Assembly: GCA_959603585.1 (NCBI GenBank)
Contig: CAUGYD010000006.1
Location: forward strand, 46,288 to 110,287
Length of the DNA stretch: 64,000 nucleotides
Source of the DNA: an uncultured Eubacteriales bacterium
GTDB lineage: Bacteria; Bacillota; Clostridia; Christensenellales; Borkfalkiaceae
Direction: 5' to 3'
The first letter of the stretch is position 1, and each line of letters starts with the position of its first letter. The position numbers and the translations under genes are program-made. Positions 55,598 through 64,000 of the stretch are shown in pieces. The notes below the pieces were generated by a model, which was not told the DNA's origin, did not search any database, and saw only the letters and a list, made by a program, of their open reading frames with translations.

Positions 55598-57769
55598 ATG
55601 GACATTTTACAAACGATTACACAAGAATTCAATCTTACCGAAAACCACGCGAAAAATATTATTTCGCTCATCGACGAGGGGAACACGATTCCCTTCATCG
55701 CCCGTTACCGAAAGGAGATGACGGGAAGCTGCGACGATCAGGTTCTTCGGGAACTTAACGATCGCCTCACGTATCTTCGCAACCTGGAAAAGCGGAAAGA
55801 GGAAGTTTCTGCCGCCATAGAGGAACAGGGAAAGATGACGGACGAAATTCGTTCCGCGCTCGAAAAGGCGGTCACGCTCACCGAAGTGGAGGACGTTTAC
55901 CGCCCGTATAAACAGAAGCGCAAGACGCGGGCTTCCGTCGCCATAGCGAAGGGCTTGCAGCCTCTCGCGGACGCGATTTTCGCGCAGGATAAAGCGCTCG
56001 ACGTCAGGAAGGAAGCGGAGAAATACATAACGGAAGAAGTTCCGACCGCGGAGGAAGCGATTTCCGGCGCGCAGGACATCATTGCGGAAATGATTTCCGA
56101 CGATGCCGCCACCCGCAAAAAAATCCGCAATTTCTTTTTCAATCACGGAGAAATCAGCTCCTCTTACGTCAAGGGCAAAGAGGAAGAGGACGAAGCCAAA
56201 ACCTATGAAATGTATAAGTCCTATTCCGAACCCGTTTCGGAAATCAAAAGCCACCGTGTCCTCGCCCTCAACCGCGGGGAAAAAGAGGGCTTTCTCAAAG
56301 TATCCCTCGTCTGCGATTCGGATTTTGCAAAGCGCATTGCCGCGGCCGCGTTTTTGAAAGACGGCGGCGAATCGACGAAAATCGTCCGCGCGGCTGCCGA
56401 GGACGGCTACGAGCGCCTCATTGCGCCGTCCGTGGAAAGGGAGGTGCGGGCGCAGCTCTTCGACGACGCCAGCGAACAGGCGATCAAAATGTTTGAAATC
56501 AATCTGAAACCGCTCTTGATGCAGCCTCCCGTGAAAAATAAAATTACGATGGGCTGGGACCCCGCATTCCGTACGGGCTGTAAAATCTGCGTCGTGGACG
56601 GTACGGGAAAAGTCCTCGACAAGACCGTAGTTTATCCCACTCCGCCGCAGAATAAGACGGAAGAAGCTAAAAAAACGCTGAAAGCGCTCATCGAAAAGTA
56701 CGGAGTGGAAGTCATTTCCTGCGGCAACGGAACGGCGAGCAAGGAAAGCGAAATTTTTATCGCCGAGCTCATCAAGGAAATCAAGGCGGAAACGGGACGG
56801 GAAGTAGGATACGTCATCGTCAGCGAAGCGGGAGCCAGCGTATACTCTGCCAGCGCGCTGGGCGCGGAAGAATTTCCCGATTACGACGTCACGGCGCGCA
56901 GCGCGGTGTCCATTGCGAGAAGATTGCAGGATCCGCTCGCGGAGCTTATCAAAATCGACCCCAAATCCATCGGCGTGGGGCAATATCAGCACGACATGAA
57001 CGAAAAACGGCTGGACAGCGCGCTGGGAGGCGTCCTCGAAGACTGCGTCAACAGCGTGGGCGTAGACCTCAACACGGCGAGTGTTTCTCTGCTCAAATAT
57101 GTTGCGGGACTCAATTCCGCCGTGGCGAAAAATATCGTGGCCTACCGCGAAGAAAACGGAAAATTTACTTCTCGGAAACAGCTTCTCAAAGTTCCCAAAC
57201 TGGGCGAAAAGGCGTATACTCAATGCGCGGGATTCCTTCGTATCGACTGCGGAGACAATATTCTCGACAATACCGCCGTTCACCCCGAATCCTATGAAAA
57301 GGCGGAGAAGCTGCTCTCTCTGTTTTCCTATACCAAGGAGGACGTCCGCGCCCGCAGGATTTCCGACCTTCGGGATAAACTGAAAGCCTACGGCGTGGAT
57401 AAAGCTGCGAAGGAGACGGACCTCGACAAGGCGACGCTGGCGGATATCGTCACCGAGCTCATGAAGCCGGGACGGGATATTCGGGATGCACTTCCCGCGC
57501 CTATGCTCCGCAAGGATATCATGGGGATCGAGGACTTGAAGCCCGGCATGGAAATTACGGGAACGGTAAGAAACGTCGTCGATTTCGGGGCATTCGTGGA
57601 CATCGGAGTACATCAGGACGGACTCGTACATATTTCGGAAATTACCGATAAATATATCCGTCACCCTTCGGAAGTTCTCAAAGTGGGACAAGTCGTCAAA
57701 GTCACCGTGAAAGACGTGGACATCAAGAAAAACCGTATTGCGCTGACGATGAGAAAGAAGAATAAATAA
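55598..57769 (+). CDS. tex: Transcription accessory protein Tex (S1 RNA-binding)
   Basis: The Tex N-terminus (AKNIISLIDEGNTIPFIARYRKEMTG), a YqgF and HhH core and a C-terminal S1 domain (GMEITGTVRNVVDFGAFVDIG) are present. Confidence 0.9.
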   Translation: MDILQTITQEFNLTENHAKNIISLIDEGNTIPFIARYRKEMTGSCDDQVLRELNDRLTYLRNLEKRKEEVSAAIEEQGKMTDEIRSALEKAVTLTEVEDVYRPYKQKRKTRASVAIAKGLQPLADAIFAQDKALDVRKEAEKYITEEVPTAEEAISGAQDIIAEMISDDAATRKKIRNFFFNHGEISSSYVKGKEEEDEAKTYEMYKSYSEPVSEIKSHRVLALNRGEKEGFLKVSLVCDSDFAKRIAAAAFLKDGGESTKIVRAAAEDGYERLIAPSVEREVRAQLFDDASEQAIKMFEINLKPLLMQPPVKNKITMGWDPAFRTGCKICVVDGTGKVLDKTVVYPTPPQNKTEEAKKTLKALIEKYGVEVISCGNGTASKESEIFIAELIKEIKAETGREVGYVIVSEAGASVYSASALGAEEFPDYDVTARSAVSIARRLQDPLAELIKIDPKSIGVGQYQHDMNEKRLDSALGGVLEDCVNSVGVDLNTASVSLLKYVAGLNSAVAKNIVAYREENGKFTSRKQLLKVPKLGEKAYTQCAGFLRIDCGDNILDNTAVHPESYEKAEKLLSLFSYTKEDVRARRISDLRDKLKAYGVDKAAKETDLDKATLADIVTELMKPGRDIRDALPAPMLRKDIMGIEDLKPGMEITGTVRNVVDFGAFVDIGVHQDGLVHISEITDKYIRHPSEVLKVGQVVKVTVKDVDIKKNRIALTMRKKNK

Positions 57770-57859
57770 ACGGGAAAAAGCACTTGACTTTTCTTTCGTC
57801 TTGTATTACAATTATATCATAAATAAATATTACAAATCGAAATCACGGAGGAACAAAAT

Positions 57860-58087
57860 ATGTTGGAAAAAGTACAAGCAATGCTCGCGGACGCGCTGAA
57901 TCTTCCTTTGAGCAAGGTGACGCCCGACGCTAAGATTGTCGAAGATTTGGGCGCGGATTCCTTGGATGTTGTGGAACTTTTGAGCCGTCTTGAAGACGAA
58001 TACGGCGTTGTTATTCCCGACGATGACGTGGAAAATCTGAAAACCGTCGCGGACGTTGCGGCCGAACTCGAAAAAATCATGAAATGA
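57860..58087 (+). CDS. Acyl carrier protein
   Basis: The 75-aa ORF carries the phosphopantetheine attachment motif LGADSLDVVEL. Confidence 0.8.
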   Translation: MLEKVQAMLADALNLPLSKVTPDAKIVEDLGADSLDVVELLSRLEDEYGVVIPDDDVENLKTVADVAAELEKIMK

Positions 58088-58110
58088 CAGTGATTGCATT
58101 TTTGCAACAG

Positions 58111-58150
58111 GAAATCGCTCCCGAAGATATTCGGGAGCGATTTCTTTGTC
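58111..58150 (+). terminator. Intrinsic terminator after the ACP gene
   Basis: The perfect stem gaaatcgctcccgaa / ttcgggagcgatttc is followed by tttg. Confidence 0.65.
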
Positions 58151-58240
58151 TTTCGGACAAAAGCGGGGCATATTCGTTTGCCATAAACGGCACGATATGG
58201 TATAATCTTCAAGAACGATAAATTTACAGAGGTAATTCAC

Positions 58241-59815
58241 ATGTTACAGGTTTCGGGCGTAAGCCTTCAATACGGCAGCAAAAAATTGTTTGAGGACGTC
58301 AACCTTAAATTCACGAAAGGGAATTGTTACGGCATCATAGGCGCCAACGGCGCGGGAAAATCTACTTTTCTTAAAGTCCTTTCGGGCGAAATAGAACCGC
58401 AGAAGGGATATGTCTCTTTGGATAAAAACGAGCGTATGTCCGTTCTGCAGCAAAACCAGAATATGTACGATAAAGAGACGGTGCTCCGCACCGTCATGCT
58501 CGGCTATAAACACCTCGTGGACGTCATGGACGAAAAGGACGCCCTGTATGCCAATCCTGACTTTTCGGAAGAGGACGGAATCCGTGCCGCCGAACTCGAA
58601 AGCGAATTTGCGGAAATGAACGGCTATGACGCCGAATATCAGGCGGGACAGCTCCTCAACGCCTTGGAGATTCCGGAGGAACTTCATTATTCCTCCATGA
58701 GCGAGCTCGACGCGAAACAGAAGGTCCGCGTACTGTTGGCGCAGGCGCTTTTCGGAAACCCCGACGTCCTTCTTCTCGACGAGCCGACCAATAACCTCGA
58801 CATCAAAACCGTGCGCTGGCTGGAAAACTATTTGATGGATTTCGAAAATACCATTATCATCGTTTCCCATAACCGCCATTTCCTCAATAAGGTCTGCACG
58901 AACATTTGCGACGTCGATTTCGGCAAAATCAATATGTATGTCGGAAACTATGATTTTTGGTATCAGACCAGCCAGCTTCTCGCCCGTCAGCAAAAGGAAC
59001 AGAATAAGAAGGCCGAACAGCGGGCCAAAGAATTGCAGGAATTTATCGCCCGTTTCGCGGCGAACGCTTCCAAATCCCGTCAGGCTACTTCTCGGAAGAA
59101 AGAGCTCGAAAAGCTTACAATCAACGATTTTAATCCCTCTCTCAGAAAATATCCCTATATCGATTTCAAATTTGAAAGAGAAATCGGCAACGATATTCTT
59201 ATCGTGGAAGGGCTTACGAAAAAAGGGTATTTCAAGGATGTCTCCTTTACTGTACAAAAAGGCGAAAAAATCGGTATCGTTTCGGATAAAAGTACCACGC
59301 TCACTATGCTCTACGATATTCTCACGGGAAAAGAACAGCCTGATTCGGGTACCGTTATGTGGGGAAAAACTATTTCTGTCTCTTACTTTCCGCAAAATAA
59401 TAACGAATTTTTTGAAAATTGTGATTTGACATTGGTCGAATGGCTCTCTCAATTCTCTCAGGATCACTATGAAGAATATCTCCGCGGTTGGTTGGGTAGA
59501 ATGTTATTTTCGGGAGAAGAAGCGCTCAAAAAAGCCAAGGTGCTTTCAGGCGGCGAGAAAGTTCGTTGTATGCTGGCGAAAATGATGCTCGAAGGCAGTA
59601 ATTTCCTTATTTTCGACGAACCGACCAACCACCTTGACCTTGAATCTATTACTGCGCTCAATAACGGTCTTAGTAATTATCGCGGCTGTATGCTGCTCAC
59701 CTCTCACGACCAAGAACTCATGAATACCGTAGCAAACCGTATCATCGAAATCGAAGCCACAAAAGTCTATGACAGAAAAGTGACCTATGACGAATATATA
59801 GACGAAATCGGCTAA
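58241..59815 (+). CDS. ABC-F family ATPase (two tandem ABC domains, no TMD)
   Basis: Two Walker A motifs (GANGAGKST and the second domain), two LSGGE signatures and the inter-domain linker are present. Confidence 0.85.
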   Translation: MLQVSGVSLQYGSKKLFEDVNLKFTKGNCYGIIGANGAGKSTFLKVLSGEIEPQKGYVSLDKNERMSVLQQNQNMYDKETVLRTVMLGYKHLVDVMDEKDALYANPDFSEEDGIRAAELESEFAEMNGYDAEYQAGQLLNALEIPEELHYSSMSELDAKQKVRVLLAQALFGNPDVLLLDEPTNNLDIKTVRWLENYLMDFENTIIIVSHNRHFLNKVCTNICDVDFGKINMYVGNYDFWYQTSQLLARQQKEQNKKAEQRAKELQEFIARFAANASKSRQATSRKKELEKLTINDFNPSLRKYPYIDFKFEREIGNDILIVEGLTKKGYFKDVSFTVQKGEKIGIVSDKSTTLTMLYDILTGKEQPDSGTVMWGKTISVSYFPQNNNEFFENCDLTLVEWLSQFSQDHYEEYLRGWLGRMLFSGEEALKKAKVLSGGEKVRCMLAKMMLEGSNFLIFDEPTNHLDLESITALNNGLSNYRGCMLLTSHDQELMNTVANRIIEIEATKVYDRKVTYDEYIDEIG

Positions 59816-60015
59816 GAAAAAAGACTTTTTTATGCAAATAGACAAATTTCGACACGCTTCAACAGAATAATTTAAAATAAATCAAAACTTTCGATAATTA
59901 ATTTTGGTATTATGTAAAATATTGCTTTACGAAGTCTGTTTTTTGTAGTATAATATCCTTGTTAAATATGAAGGTCGACAAGGCCTGCAAATTTTTTTCA
60001 AGGAGGAACGATATA

Positions 60016-60783
60016 ATGCGTTCAAAAACAGTGGTACTGCTGGAATCCAACGGCGCGTTGCTCAGCGAGTTGAAGGAAGCTCTGGCGAAAAACGAAGGCC
60101 TGAATGTCGCGTATGCGGGGGACGATGGGGAAGCGGGAATTCGGGAATTGCACCGATTGAAGCCCGATTTGGCCATCGTCGGAATGTTTCTGAAAGGAAC
60201 GGACGGCTGCGGTGTCATTCAGGCGATACGAAAAGAGGAGGCAGGGACAAAAATTATTGCGACGGGGGTACCAAGCGATACCCTTATGGAAAAGGCGATG
60301 AGCGAGGGGGCCGACTACTATCTCGTAAAGCCTTTTTCCATGCAAGGAGCTTTGGAACGGGTAGAAGAGCTATTGAAAGACTCGCCTGTATCCGGAGAAG
60401 GAAAGGAATATGCGAGCGCTAAACGTCGCCCTGTAACCTTAGAAGAAAAAATCAGCGACATCTTCATTTCCATCGGAATCCCGCCCCACATCAAGGGCTA
60501 TGGATACTTGCGTGCAGGAATTAAAATGACAGTCGAACAACCTTATATTATCAACAATATCACGAAGGGACTGTATCCCAGCATCGCCGAAAAGTTCGGT
60601 ACGACGCCGAGTAAAGTTGAACGAGCCATTCGCCATGCGATAGAAGTTGCTTGGAATCGAGGCAGAATAGATGCCATTAATGCAGTTTTCGGAACCAGAG
60701 TTTATTTGGGCACGGAAAAGCCCACGAACAGCGAATTCATCGCTTTGGTTGCGGATAAATTAATCCTTGAAAATATGATATAA
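60016..60783 (+). CDS. spo0A: Sporulation master regulator Spo0A homologue with a degenerate (pseudo-)receiver domain
   Basis: The C-terminal domain matches Spo0A_C almost residue for residue (PHIKGYGYLRAGI, SKVERAIRHAIEVAWNRG, KPTNSEFIALVADKL). The N-terminal receiver fold is present, but Asp is absent at the acid-pocket position (ES for DD) and at the phospho-acceptor position (G). An RBS AGGAGG precedes the chosen ATG. Confidence 0.8.
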   Translation: MRSKTVVLLESNGALLSELKEALAKNEGLNVAYAGDDGEAGIRELHRLKPDLAIVGMFLKGTDGCGVIQAIRKEEAGTKIIATGVPSDTLMEKAMSEGADYYLVKPFSMQGALERVEELLKDSPVSGEGKEYASAKRRPVTLEEKISDIFISIGIPPHIKGYGYLRAGIKMTVEQPYIINNITKGLYPSIAEKFGTTPSKVERAIRHAIEVAWNRGRIDAINAVFGTRVYLGTEKPTNSEFIALVADKLILENMI

Positions 60784-60958
60784 AAATATAAAGACATCTC
60801 GAAAAGGACTTGCGGTTTTGCCCGGGTTCTTTTTTCTTTGTTTTTGCTTGACAAGCGTCATAAAAAAGGGTATAATATAAGTATGAAAAGTAAAACTTTT
60901 CTAACTTTATATACAAGGCAGGTTCAAAATGGAAAAAAAATTTCCGGAAGGAAAATTC

Positions 60959-61150
60959 ATGACAACGGTAAAAATCGGACCGAAGGGGCAAATCGTCATA
61001 CCGAAGGAAGTTCGGAAGATGTTTGGATTTCAGCCCGGGGACTCGGTATTGCTTCTTGCAGATAAAGGGCAGGGAATAGCCATACAGCCGTTTGAGTTTG
61101 CGGAAGAATTTTGGAATCAAGTACAGATGCAGAGGGAAAAGAAAAGATGA
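60959..61150 (+). CDS. AbrB/MazE/SpoVT-family swapped-hairpin DNA-binding protein
   Basis: The motif VKIGPKGQIVIPKEVRK is present. The RBS GGAAGGAAA lies before the ATG at 60959. The stop overlaps the start of the downstream ABC ATPase. Confidence 0.6.
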   Translation: MTTVKIGPKGQIVIPKEVRKMFGFQPGDSVLLLADKGQGIAIQPFEFAEEFWNQVQMQREKKR

Positions 61151-62004
61151 ACGCTTTAACCGTTTCAAATCTTAAAAAAGAGTATCCCTGTTTTCATTTG
61201 AAGGAGGTTTCCTTTTCTTGTCGGAAAGGGCGAATCGTGGGGCTTATCGGCCGAAACGGAGCCGGAAAAACGACGATTTTGAAAAGTATTATGAATCTGA
61301 TTTCCAGTGAAGGAAAAATCGAATATTTCGGACTTCCTTTTCGGAAAAACGAGCGGCTCATAAAACAAAAGATCGGGTACGTGAGCGGAGGATTTGATTT
61401 TTATCCTTTAAAGACGTTACGTCTGATCTGTAAGACCGTATCTTCGTTTTATGACGATTGGAACGAACAGACGTATCGGGAATATCTCGAACGCTTTTCT
61501 CTCGATGAGAATAAAAAAGTTCATGATTTGTCGGAAGGCATGAAGGTCAAATTTTCCATTACTTTGGCGCTGTCGCACGGTGCAGAGTTTCTCATCATGG
61601 ACGAACCGACGAGCGGATTAGATCCGCTTTCGAGGGAAGAGTTTTGCGACATTATTTTGACTCTTTCGCGAGAAAAGAATATTTCCGTATTATTTTCCAC
61701 TCATATTACATCAGATCTCATGCGTATAGCGGACGATATTATATATATTTCTGACGGGGAAATCTTGCTGGAATGTGGTTTGAAAGAGCTGATAAATCGT
61801 TATAAGAAAGTTTCTTTCAGAAATGCAGAAGAAGCGAAAATCTGCAAATTTCCTGTCTTTGGGCTCAAGCGGGTGAAGGAAGGATACGAAGCACTCGTCA
61901 AAAGGGAAGATTTATCACATTTTAAAGGGGAAGCAAAAGACGTTGACTTAGACGAAATCATTATCCATCTCGAAACGGAAAAGGACAAGAAAAAATGTTT
62001 TTGA
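61147..62004 (+). CDS. ABC transporter ATP-binding protein (BcrA-like)
   Basis: The Walker A GRNGAGKTT, the signature LSEGMK and the Walker B FLIMDEPTSGLD are present. Confidence 0.85.
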   Translation: MNALTVSNLKKEYPCFHLKEVSFSCRKGRIVGLIGRNGAGKTTILKSIMNLISSEGKIEYFGLPFRKNERLIKQKIGYVSGGFDFYPLKTLRLICKTVSSFYDDWNEQTYREYLERFSLDENKKVHDLSEGMKVKFSITLALSHGAEFLIMDEPTSGLDPLSREEFCDIILTLSREKNISVLFSTHITSDLMRIADDIIYISDGEILLECGLKELINRYKKVSFRNAEEAKICKFPVFGLKRVKEGYEALVKREDLSHFKGEAKDVDLDEIIIHLETEKDKKKCF

Positions 62005-62648
62005 ATCTATTAAAAAAAGAATTTACATTGGCGTTACATCCCACGTCCGTCGTATTTGTATTCTTTGCGGCATTTGTATTTATTCCCAACTATCCTTATG
62101 AAGTGATGTGCTTCTTTTCCTGTCTTTCCATATATTTCATGTGTCTGTCGGGCAGAGAAAATAAAGATATTTTTTTCACTTGTATGCTCCCGGTTCAGAA
62201 AGGACAAATAGCTCTCGCCAGAATTGTAACGGCGGTTATTTTACAAACGGCACTTCTGCTTTTATCTGCCTTTCTGATCGTTTTGAAAGCTTTCTTGTTG
62301 CCTGAAATGATAAATCAGGCGGGGTTGGACGCAAATCTCGCATTGATAGGCTGGGGTTTTATTCTCTTTGCGGTTTTTAATATTTGCTATTTTCCCATGT
62401 ACTTCAAAGAACCAAACAAAATCGGCAAACCCTTTCTAATCTCTTCCGTAATTTTATTTTTACTTATCGCGGCGGCCGTCACGGCCTCTTATACGGTTCC
62501 GTTTATTCGAAATTATATCGATAAGCCCGGTTTCGCCTACCTCAGTTATCAAATTGTTGTACTATTGGTCGGAATTATCGCCTATACATTAGTAACAGCA
62601 CTTGCAACGCATTTATCTGTTCGACGCTTTGAAAAAGTGGACATTTGA
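61995..62648 (+). CDS. ABC-2/BcrB-like membrane permease
   Basis: The 217-aa ORF predicts about 6 TM helices. It overlaps the ATPase stop. Confidence 0.45.
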   Translation: MFLNLLKKEFTLALHPTSVVFVFFAAFVFIPNYPYEVMCFFSCLSIYFMCLSGRENKDIFFTCMLPVQKGQIALARIVTAVILQTALLLLSAFLIVLKAFLLPEMINQAGLDANLALIGWGFILFAVFNICYFPMYFKEPNKIGKPFLISSVILFLLIAAAVTASYTVPFIRNYIDKPGFAYLSYQIVVLLVGIIAYTLVTALATHLSVRRFEKVDI

Positions 62649-62877
62649 CGAATACATTTAACGATTCTCCTTAAAACAGGTTTCGCTGAACTAATTCAGC
62701 GAAACCTGCTTTTACAGCACAAGCGAAAACTTGTGCTGTTTTTTAACAATAATTATGCCAATTTCAGTAGGCTCACTCCGAATAAAAATTTCTGATTTTA
62801 GTACCAAAATTTAGTTGACATTTCAATATACTGTGTAGTACAATGTATATAAGATAATTGATATATATATCTATTAA

Positions 62878-63234
62878 TTGAAAAGGCGGTGTTTATTATT
62901 GAATTTAGAAGAATGGAAATCTCAAATAAAGCGAGGCACTTTGGAATATTGTATCCTGCTGCTGATTGAAAAGAAAGCGAGATATGGTTATGAGATTATA
63001 GGGGAGTTAAGTAAATATTCTATCATATCAGCGAATGAAGGCACAATATATCCTTTGCTCAGAAGGCTGTTGAAGGACGGAGCTTTAACCTCTGAATGGA
63101 GAGAAACGACAGAAGGGCTGCCGCCAAGAAAATATTATTTTATTACGGACGTAGGGAAGAAATATTTATTTTCGATGACAGGGGAGTGGCAAAATTTATT
63201 GGAAACAATTTCAGAAATTAAAGGAGAAAATTAA
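62878..63234 (+). CDS. PadR-family transcriptional regulator
   Basis: The motifs LEYCILLLI...RYGYEI and EGTIYPLLRRL are present. Confidence 0.8.
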   Translation: MKRRCLLLNLEEWKSQIKRGTLEYCILLLIEKKARYGYEIIGELSKYSIISANEGTIYPLLRRLLKDGALTSEWRETTEGLPPRKYYFITDVGKKYLFSMTGEWQNLLETISEIKGEN

Positions 63235-63236
63235 AA

Positions 63237-63809
63237 ATGGAACCCATCTTAAATAACTATTTAGTAAAAATGGAAAAATACTTGAAGGCACTTCCTGCGG
63301 CGGAACGAATTGATATCGTCAACGAACTGAAAAGTGAAATGATTGAACTTTCAGATAAAGGGATTTCAGGAGAACAAATCGTAAATAGATTGGGGAATCC
63401 CAAAGTTTTGGCCCGTGCATATCTTGCAGACGAAATCGGTAAAATGAAGAAATTCAGCTGGAAAAAATTCGCCATGGTTTTTTCATTTTATAGTTATGCA
63501 AGCATAGGCGGTATGTTTATTTTACCTATAACAAGCTGTTTAGCTGTGGCGTTCATTATCAGCGGCGTTGCCTGTCCTCTTGCGGGTATCGTAAAATTTA
63601 TTGCTCATTTTTGCGGGAAAGAAATGCCTTATCTGACTCTTAATATCGGTAATTATTCCGCCTCGGCGATTGCTTTTTTACCTATTTCGATTGGTTTAGG
63701 TATTGTATTGTTTCTGTTGGGCTGGGCTTTTTGGAAACTGACCGTGTTATTTATCAAATCTGTCGGAAAACATAAACGCTTAAAAGATAGAATACAAAAA
63801 GAAAATTAA
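63237..63809 (+). CDS. DUF1700-type membrane protein (PadR partner)
   Basis: The N-terminus LNNYLVKMEKYLKALPAAERIDIVNEL and C-terminal TM helices are typical of the DUF1700 partner encoded downstream of padR. Confidence 0.65.
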   Translation: MEPILNNYLVKMEKYLKALPAAERIDIVNELKSEMIELSDKGISGEQIVNRLGNPKVLARAYLADEIGKMKKFSWKKFAMVFSFYSYASIGGMFILPITSCLAVAFIISGVACPLAGIVKFIAHFCGKEMPYLTLNIGNYSASAIAFLPISIGLGIVLFLLGWAFWKLTVLFIKSVGKHKRLKDRIQKEN

Positions 63810-64000
63810 AAGAACGAGCTTGAGTCAAAAAATGACTTAAGCCCGTTCTTCAATGCGCCAAGGCCGACAAATTTTGAACATTTAAAGTGGGAATCTATTT
63901 TCCCAAATGGTTTAGAGGCTGTATCAGCGAAAGAGAGAAGAGCAATATCATGCCTATTTGCTTTTTTCTTCTCTCCCAATCTCACCTATAAGAAATGAAA

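Noticed and set aside
55607-57691. A 694-aa minus-strand ORF that is fully antisense to tex. Similar long antisense ORFs occur at 58244-59467 opposite the ABC-F gene, at 618-1412, at 3433-4167, and at 4324-5496 inside nrdD.
   Set aside because: These shadow ORFs arise because of GC-rich third positions on the coding strand. The sense-strand genes have unambiguous conserved motifs and the antisense translations are low-complexity (R/G/F-rich) with no motifs.
1-64000. CRISPR arrays, rRNA genes and IS or transposase genes.
   Set aside because: I found no regularly spaced direct repeats, no 16S/23S/5S signatures and no DDE, HUH or serine-recombinase transposase ORFs on either strand.

Overview
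This 64-kb window is from a low-GC Gram-positive genome of Clostridia type, judging by Spo0A, Rho, NrdDG, Pta-AckA, HprK, MutS2 and YceD-RpmF.

- **1-10 kb, housekeeping.** The window opens with the truncated 3' end of tyrA, then a DUF1934-like ORF, an MBL-fold hydrolase, rho, nrdDG preceded by four NrdR boxes, a PNPOx-family protein, an O-antigen-ligase-like membrane protein and a DagK-family lipid kinase.
- **10.07-36.6 kb, variable region.** A tRNA-Thr(CGU) at 10.07 kb is followed by a tyrosine integrase and a small RHH protein. Its contents are:
  - an 18-kb Wzx/Wzy-dependent glycan locus with precursor genes for UDP-GalA (ugd plus UDP-GlcA 4-epimerase), UDP-L-FucNAc (fnlABC/capEFG-like) and UDP-ManNAc (wecB);
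  - within that locus, a DegT aminotransferase, a PglC-like initiating transferase, four to five glycosyltransferases, a frameshifted hexapeptide acetyltransferase, and Wzy and Wzx;
  - the locus is compositionally mosaic, with a very AT-rich core at 15.3-25.5 kb, and is bracketed by a perfect 50-bp direct repeat equal to the last 50 bp of fnlC;
  - the ugd gene carries an in-frame N-terminal XRE-type HTH domain;
  - downstream lie two promoter-plus-terminator-defined minus-strand sRNA candidates, a hipBA toxin-antitoxin pair, an orphan consensus promoter, and a solitary 824-aa protein. That protein combines a coiled-coil, a Cys-rich region, a PrimPol/AEP-like domain and an SF2 helicase (Walker A, DECH box). 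It is the most unusual object in the window and may be a single-gene defence system or a relic replication module.
- **36.6-64 kb, core genes.** These are tmcAL (ylbM), pta-ackA, yceD-rpmF, copA (which has an extra C-terminal HMA domain), an ArsR-family regulator, uvrC, a Cof-type HAD hydrolase, hprK, a U32 peptidase, mutS2, a polysaccharide deacetylase, an M16 peptidase, two DNA-repair glycosylase-type genes, tex, an ACP and an ABC-F ATPase. Also here are a Spo0A whose receiver domain appears to lack the phospho-acceptor Asp, an AbrB-type regulator with a BcrAB-like ABC exporter, and a PadR/DUF1700 pair.

No CRISPR array, rRNA or transposase was seen.
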